Source of the DNA: Phyllosticta citribraziliensis
Taxonomy: Eukaryota
Length of the DNA stretch: 64,000 bases
Direction: 5' to 3'
Assembly (NCBI RefSeq): GCF_038025025.1
Contig: NW_027117339.1
Coordinates: 558,001-622,000, forward strand
Position numbers and translations under genes: made by a program. The notes under the pieces were generated by a model, which ran no database searches, was not told the DNA's origin, and was given only the letters and a program-made list of their open reading frames with translations. Below are positions 59,659 through 64,000 of this stretch, piece after piece; within the stretch, counting starts at the first letter, position 1; each line of letters begins with the position of its first letter.

Positions 59659-62475
59659 ATGTCATCGCCCGGACAGCTACACAAACTGTCAGCACATGAG
59701 ATTGACTCCAAGTACAAAAAATACAAGGACTTCAATGAAGAGTTTGAACGATGGCTGGTGGAAAAGGCGAAAAGCAAAGGTTGGCAAGGCCGAAACGAAG
59801 GAGTGGACAGATTCTCTGAGCAAGGCGAACTCCTTCGGGACAAAAGTATCAAGCTTCCCCCAGGAATCCAAACTTCATTGGAGGAATGTATCAAGCTCCG
59901 TCAGCAGTTAATTCAGCACTACGAGGCTCTTTCACCGAGAGAGATCAAAGACTCAAAAAGTGCACAATCATGGAAACGCCACGTTGAGAAGAACGAGGGC
60001 CACGACAAGTTCAACCACGTTCTACAATACATTCTGAGTATTTTGGGAGTGAACACATCCGATTCTGACAAGGTGCGGCGGAGAAGGATCGCCATAGAGA
60101 TGCGCAAGACCTTGAGGGAAATGCAAAAGTTGACAGTGGATGTCATCCGAGCTTGGGAACAGTATCGTGTGAACAGACTCAGCTTGTCCCAGGTTACACT
60201 GGTAACCCATGCGGCAGTTGAAGAATCACAGAGCATCGAAAAAAAGTTTTACGACCAATGGCCTCCGAATTCAGAGGACTATCAATTTGTTCAAGACTTC
60301 TATACCGATTACGATCCGAAACTTGTAGACTTGGGGGATAACAGTCTAAAAACGAGTGCAAAAACGACTTTGGACGATGATTTGACCGGGCTGCTCAACC
60401 AGGATCGTTACTACCCTCAGTCGCAAGAATTCGAAACTTCCATGGATATTCTACATTGGCCTACAATCTACGTACTTTCAAACTTCCAAGGCATGATGGA
60501 GCAGTGGAAAACATACCCGGTACCAGGGCATCCGCTTTGCCTTGAGCATGTCTTTTACGAAGGAAAGAAACATCGTAGTAAAGGTCCTGGAAAATACGAG
60601 ACCTACACCGACACCGAGGCAGTACCGGACGTGCGTGGACTAAAGGACAACAACGAACGCAAGATAAAGCGAAAGAAACACGAGAATTTGAAAGCTCAGT
60701 ATAAAGACCAGATCAAAAGTACCGTGGAACATCTCAACGAGATTCTATATCTGCATACGTTCCCAGTCGACACAGATACACAGACAGCAACTTTTGGTGT
60801 TTATCGCGAATGCCAAGAAGAGAAGGAAGGAGAATCCGATCCAGAGGAAAAGAAAGAGGTTTTCTTACCGAAAGATATATTCTCCAAGGCCCTGAGCGAC
60901 GTTGTCCAAGATCGTGGGAAGATTTCCATGAGCACGAGCTTCACAATCCAGCTTTTGGTCAAAATACATCATCTCTTTGAAAAAGTCCCGAGTGAAGCGA
61001 CAGAATCCAAAGCCTTGTCATTCCGCGAAGAAGTACACAATGAGGCTACGAAATCCTCCGATGACGACCCTGAGCGGACAAAGATCAGGCTTGAAAATGA
61101 GTCTTTACTGTCGAGCATATATGCTTCATGTCAGAATGGCCACGCGCTCTGGATGAAGAAGCAAGATGTGCCTGGTTTGACCAACAATTTCCAATTTCAG
61201 ATGGACGACAACTCCAAGAGCGTCGTCGAGATTGGTATTAACGGAGATGAAGTCAGCAAAACCACGGTTCCAGCGAGCCCTCGGATACATGTGGTCAATC
61301 CGTACATGATTGATGATTGGAGACACGATGTTACCTGTCACGCAAAAACAGCGGAATACTACTCCAACAAACAACCCTTGTACGCTGGGACCTTGGATTT
61401 GGTGAGAAGACTTGCCGAATATCGCGCTGATATCGCATCGGCAAATAGCACCCTCAGTATATTCGCCCTGACCCATCTCAAGGAAGTGCCCGAAGCCCCA
61501 CCAGAGGCACACTATCATATCTCTCCAGTATGCGAAGCCGTGATGCGACAGCATCATAGTTGGTTCCCACAAGAATTCCAGGCCCGAAGCGCAAGCGACA
61601 TCATTGATCTGATCAAGGATAAAGTTCAAAAAACCGGTAAAGCGTCTGCACCCCTGACAAACCAGTTCGTAAATCTAATGGGGGTCCCTCCAGGTGTGAC
61701 AGTAAATTACGACATGTACGATACCAAAGAAGACGCCATGATGAAGCCAACTAAGCCCCTGGAAGCTTTGTGGGAAATCTTTGCGCTCGATCATCCTGAA
61801 ACAAGGATCTCGACATTCTTGAAAGAGCTTCGAAAGCCCCCTCGCAGAAGCACTAGGATAAAAAACAAGGGGAAGCAAAGGGCTTATTCAACACCAGTGA
61901 AAACTGTATTGCAAACGGGATCCAGCAGCAGTAAAACGTGGTGGGAAAGTTGCGGCCAAGATCTAGTAAACTCGTGGCCAGCACTTCCTTGCTGCGACAC
62001 TGAATGCGACTTTTTCGGGACTTCCGACGTCTGCATGAAAGCTCTTGACCAGTTAGGCCATTCCGAAGGTCTCGTTCGGTTCAAAGGCGAAGGCAGGAAA
62101 AGCTTCAGCTGTCGTATACTCCACTCTCTTTTACAGGTGTGGAAGTCAAGCGAGACATCAGTCATCCAGGAGGAAGTCATCCAGGAGGAAGAACCCACCC
62201 AGGAGGAAGAACCCATCCAGGAGCAAGAGAACAACAATGGAGAGGGGTCATTTGTGCAGGCGGACGCAGACGAAATCAGCAGGGATATGGGAACCAAGTA
62301 TGAGGATGCAGAAGCTGCAAAAGACGCAAGGAGACGGGAGATAAACAAACAAAGAAAGAAAAAAAACAAGGTGAACCGAAAACGAAGGGCAGCCGAAGCC
62401 GAAGCCGAAGCCGAAGCCGAAGCCAAGTCCAACACGGAGTCCTTGGCTCGCAGCGACAAGAGGAGAAAATTGTGA
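59659..62475 (+). CDS. DUF6604-like protein, paralog B (~938 aa, intronless)
   Basis: YKKYKDFNEEFERWLVEKAKSKGW, LEECIKLRQ, NEGHDKFNHVLQYIL, WEQYRVNRLSL, QPLYAG..LVRRLAEY. First ATG of the frame is at 59659. Confidence 0.8.
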   Translation: MSSPGQLHKLSAHEIDSKYKKYKDFNEEFERWLVEKAKSKGWQGRNEGVDRFSEQGELLRDKSIKLPPGIQTSLEECIKLRQQLIQHYEALSPREIKDSKSAQSWKRHVEKNEGHDKFNHVLQYILSILGVNTSDSDKVRRRRIAIEMRKTLREMQKLTVDVIRAWEQYRVNRLSLSQVTLVTHAAVEESQSIEKKFYDQWPPNSEDYQFVQDFYTDYDPKLVDLGDNSLKTSAKTTLDDDLTGLLNQDRYYPQSQEFETSMDILHWPTIYVLSNFQGMMEQWKTYPVPGHPLCLEHVFYEGKKHRSKGPGKYETYTDTEAVPDVRGLKDNNERKIKRKKHENLKAQYKDQIKSTVEHLNEILYLHTFPVDTDTQTATFGVYRECQEEKEGESDPEEKKEVFLPKDIFSKALSDVVQDRGKISMSTSFTIQLLVKIHHLFEKVPSEATESKALSFREEVHNEATKSSDDDPERTKIRLENESLLSSIYASCQNGHALWMKKQDVPGLTNNFQFQMDDNSKSVVEIGINGDEVSKTTVPASPRIHVVNPYMIDDWRHDVTCHAKTAEYYSNKQPLYAGTLDLVRRLAEYRADIASANSTLSIFALTHLKEVPEAPPEAHYHISPVCEAVMRQHHSWFPQEFQARSASDIIDLIKDKVQKTGKASAPLTNQFVNLMGVPPGVTVNYDMYDTKEDAMMKPTKPLEALWEIFALDHPETRISTFLKELRKPPRRSTRIKNKGKQRAYSTPVKTVLQTGSSSSKTWWESCGQDLVNSWPALPCCDTECDFFGTSDVCMKALDQLGHSEGLVRFKGEGRKSFSCRILHSLLQVWKSSETSVIQEEVIQEEEPTQEEEPIQEQENNNGEGSFVQADADEISRDMGTKYEDAEAAKDARRREINKQRKKKNKVNRKRRAAEAEAEAEAEAKSNTESLARSDKRRKL
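62161..62424 (+). repeat. In-frame coding repeats in the tail of paralog B: 15-18 nt ..CCAGGAGGAA units x4 and (GCCGAA)5
   Basis: VIQEE VIQEE EPTQEE EPIQE at 62161-62223; (AE)n at 62392-62424. Confidence 0.85.
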
Positions 62476-62751
62476 AAGGAGCGGCAATGTGTGTTTTGGT
62501 AGTATGGATAGCAGGCCTTTGCGCCGCAGGCGGAGCGACGACGTCGACGATTGGGGGTTGTCTTTCAAACGCTGGGTAATTTTCCGCGCGTTCTCTAGAA
62601 AATATAGCTACTACAATCCCCGGTTTCTCAAGGTTGTGCGTCTTCTTGCACGAATTTCACGCGTGCGTCTCATCTGATGAAGCAAAGTGACCTTGGTCTA
62701 CAGATACTTAATTTCCTTCCAAAATACACAAAGGTCTGAACACAATTACGA

Positions 62752-64000
62752 TTACGTTTTCTTTCCCTCCATCTTCATCAGTTCGTTCTCTCGCTTAATT
62801 TCCCGCTCGACCTCACGTTCCTCCTTCTGTTTGAGCAAGGATTGCACCTTGATCAGGTGAGTTGAATTCCTCCACTGATTCCGTCTTGCTCCTGGCGCTG
62901 CTGCTTGGGTACTGTAGTCATCCAACACCGTAAAAAGTAACCGGGAGTGGTAATGCTTGCTGTTCTCATCAGGAAGCTGTTTGCAATCAATGTCCTTACC
63001 AAGTTGCTGAAGGTATCCCTCGTACTCCACTGAAAGATCATAGAAGCTGCGCTCAATATCACCGCAAACGAGTGTTGGAAGACCTTTCTTCAGCGCGTCA
63101 ATGATCTGTTCCAAGGATAATTCCATATCTTCTTGCTGTTGCGAATTCTCCTTCTCTTTGTCTTCCAGTGCTTGTATCAACTTCTTCCTCTTGTTCTTCA
63201 CTGTGTTGTTGCGAATGTCTTCCCTGCACCGCCACTCCTCGTGATGCCTTCGTAGCTGGCTTGCGAGCAGAGAGAAGGTCGGTATGGAGGAATCGTCCTC
63301 GCTGCTCCCCAAGATTATATGAGACAACGTCTTCACAGGCACGGGCGGGTCCAAGATGCTCTCACGATCGTGGTACTGGAAATCATTTCCGACCTTTTGG
63401 ACACGTGAGTTGACCGTGTTCATAAAGGCTGTTCCATCCATTGCAACATCGCAGGGGAACCAATTCGGCTGGTGTTGACAAAGTATCGCATCTTGCCTCG
63501 CTTCTTTGATCTCCGGGTACCAGACATGGAGCGCTTGAACCAAGTGGGAAAAGACAAAAATGCTGAAGTTCTCGTTCGCGAAGTTGAGTTCGGCCGCGTA
63601 GTCCACAAGTCTTCGCTTCAACCCTGCAATGCCGACGTAAATGGGCTGTAATATGTCATAAGACTGACGCTCCGCTGGAACTGTATACCAGCTCACGTCG
63701 ATCGGTTGTCCAAAGACGCGATTCGATTCCACTCGACGGAGCCCAGACTCGTTGTAAATCCGGACGGTCTTTCGCTCTCCTTTTCCCCTGACAAATTGAA
63801 CTTCGTCCTCTGCTTTGTCATTGCTTGTCCACTCATACTTGTAGAGAAAGGTCGGCAATCTGTCCTTTTTCTTTAGCATTGCGGCTTTCATTCTAGTATG
63901 GTAGGATTTCAATTCACATTCGGCGTGAACACTCGCCATCTGCTTTCTATCACAGTGTTGCGTCCTTCGGTCGTCTCGCAAATCCCAGTCTTTTTCGTTG
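62752..64000 (-). CDS. DUF6604-like protein, paralog C (C-terminal part; 5' end beyond window)
   Basis: Frame is open to the window edge; QPIYVG..LKRRLVDY, SIFVFSHL, ARQD, NWFP, LPTLVCGDIER, RLLFTVLDDY and WRNSTHLIKV align with paralog A. Confidence 0.8.
   Translation of the reverse strand, partial: NEKDWDLRDDRRTQHCDRKQMASVHAECELKSYHTRMKAAMLKKKDRLPTFLYKYEWTSNDKAEDEVQFVRGKGERKTVRIYNESGLRRVESNRVFGQPIDVSWYTVPAERQSYDILQPIYVGIAGLKRRLVDYAAELNFANENFSIFVFSHLVQALHVWYPEIKEARQDAILCQHQPNWFPCDVAMDGTAFMNTVNSRVQKVGNDFQYHDRESILDPPVPVKTLSHIILGSSEDDSSIPTFSLLASQLRRHHEEWRCREDIRNNTVKNKRKKLIQALEDKEKENSQQQEDMELSLEQIIDALKKGLPTLVCGDIERSFYDLSVEYEGYLQQLGKDIDCKQLPDENSKHYHSRLLFTVLDDYSTQAAAPGARRNQWRNSTHLIKVQSLLKQKEEREVEREIKRENELMKMEGKKT

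Noticed and set aside
55000..64000. Starship or transposon as carrier of the paralog cluster
   Set aside because: No tyrosine recombinase, transposase, terminal repeats or target-site duplication visible in the window; cannot be excluded beyond the edge.

Overview
Eukaryotic, intron-containing DNA from a filamentous ascomycete (Pezizomycotina-type genes; mostly ~45-80 nt introns with CTRAC/CTAAY branch points). I can support about 17 protein-coding genes: an HSL-family alpha/beta hydrolase, a large protein with an N-terminal histone-fold-like region, a small charged GQWSA-motif protein, a DUF3405 protein, MIM2, eIF2-beta (SUI3), an AIM24-family protein, an F-box-like protein, a HET-domain protein, an alkaline-phosphatase-superfamily membrane protein, a SPO73/mug65-like protein, a small LEA-like protein, a GH71 protein, CDT1, and three divergent DUF6604-like paralogs at the right end (the last is truncated by the window). 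I found no rRNA, tRNA, CRISPR array or intact transposon. Most notable: (1) the cluster of at least 3 highly diverged DUF6604-like paralogs; (2) three GC-AG introns among ~20 inferred introns; (3) a secreted GH71 lacking the catalytic Glu; (4) a ~10 kb gene desert packed with orphan TATAAAAG boxes; (5) non-coding degenerate tandem arrays, one of them a CCAAT-box array. All family assignments come from motif recognition by eye, not from database searches.
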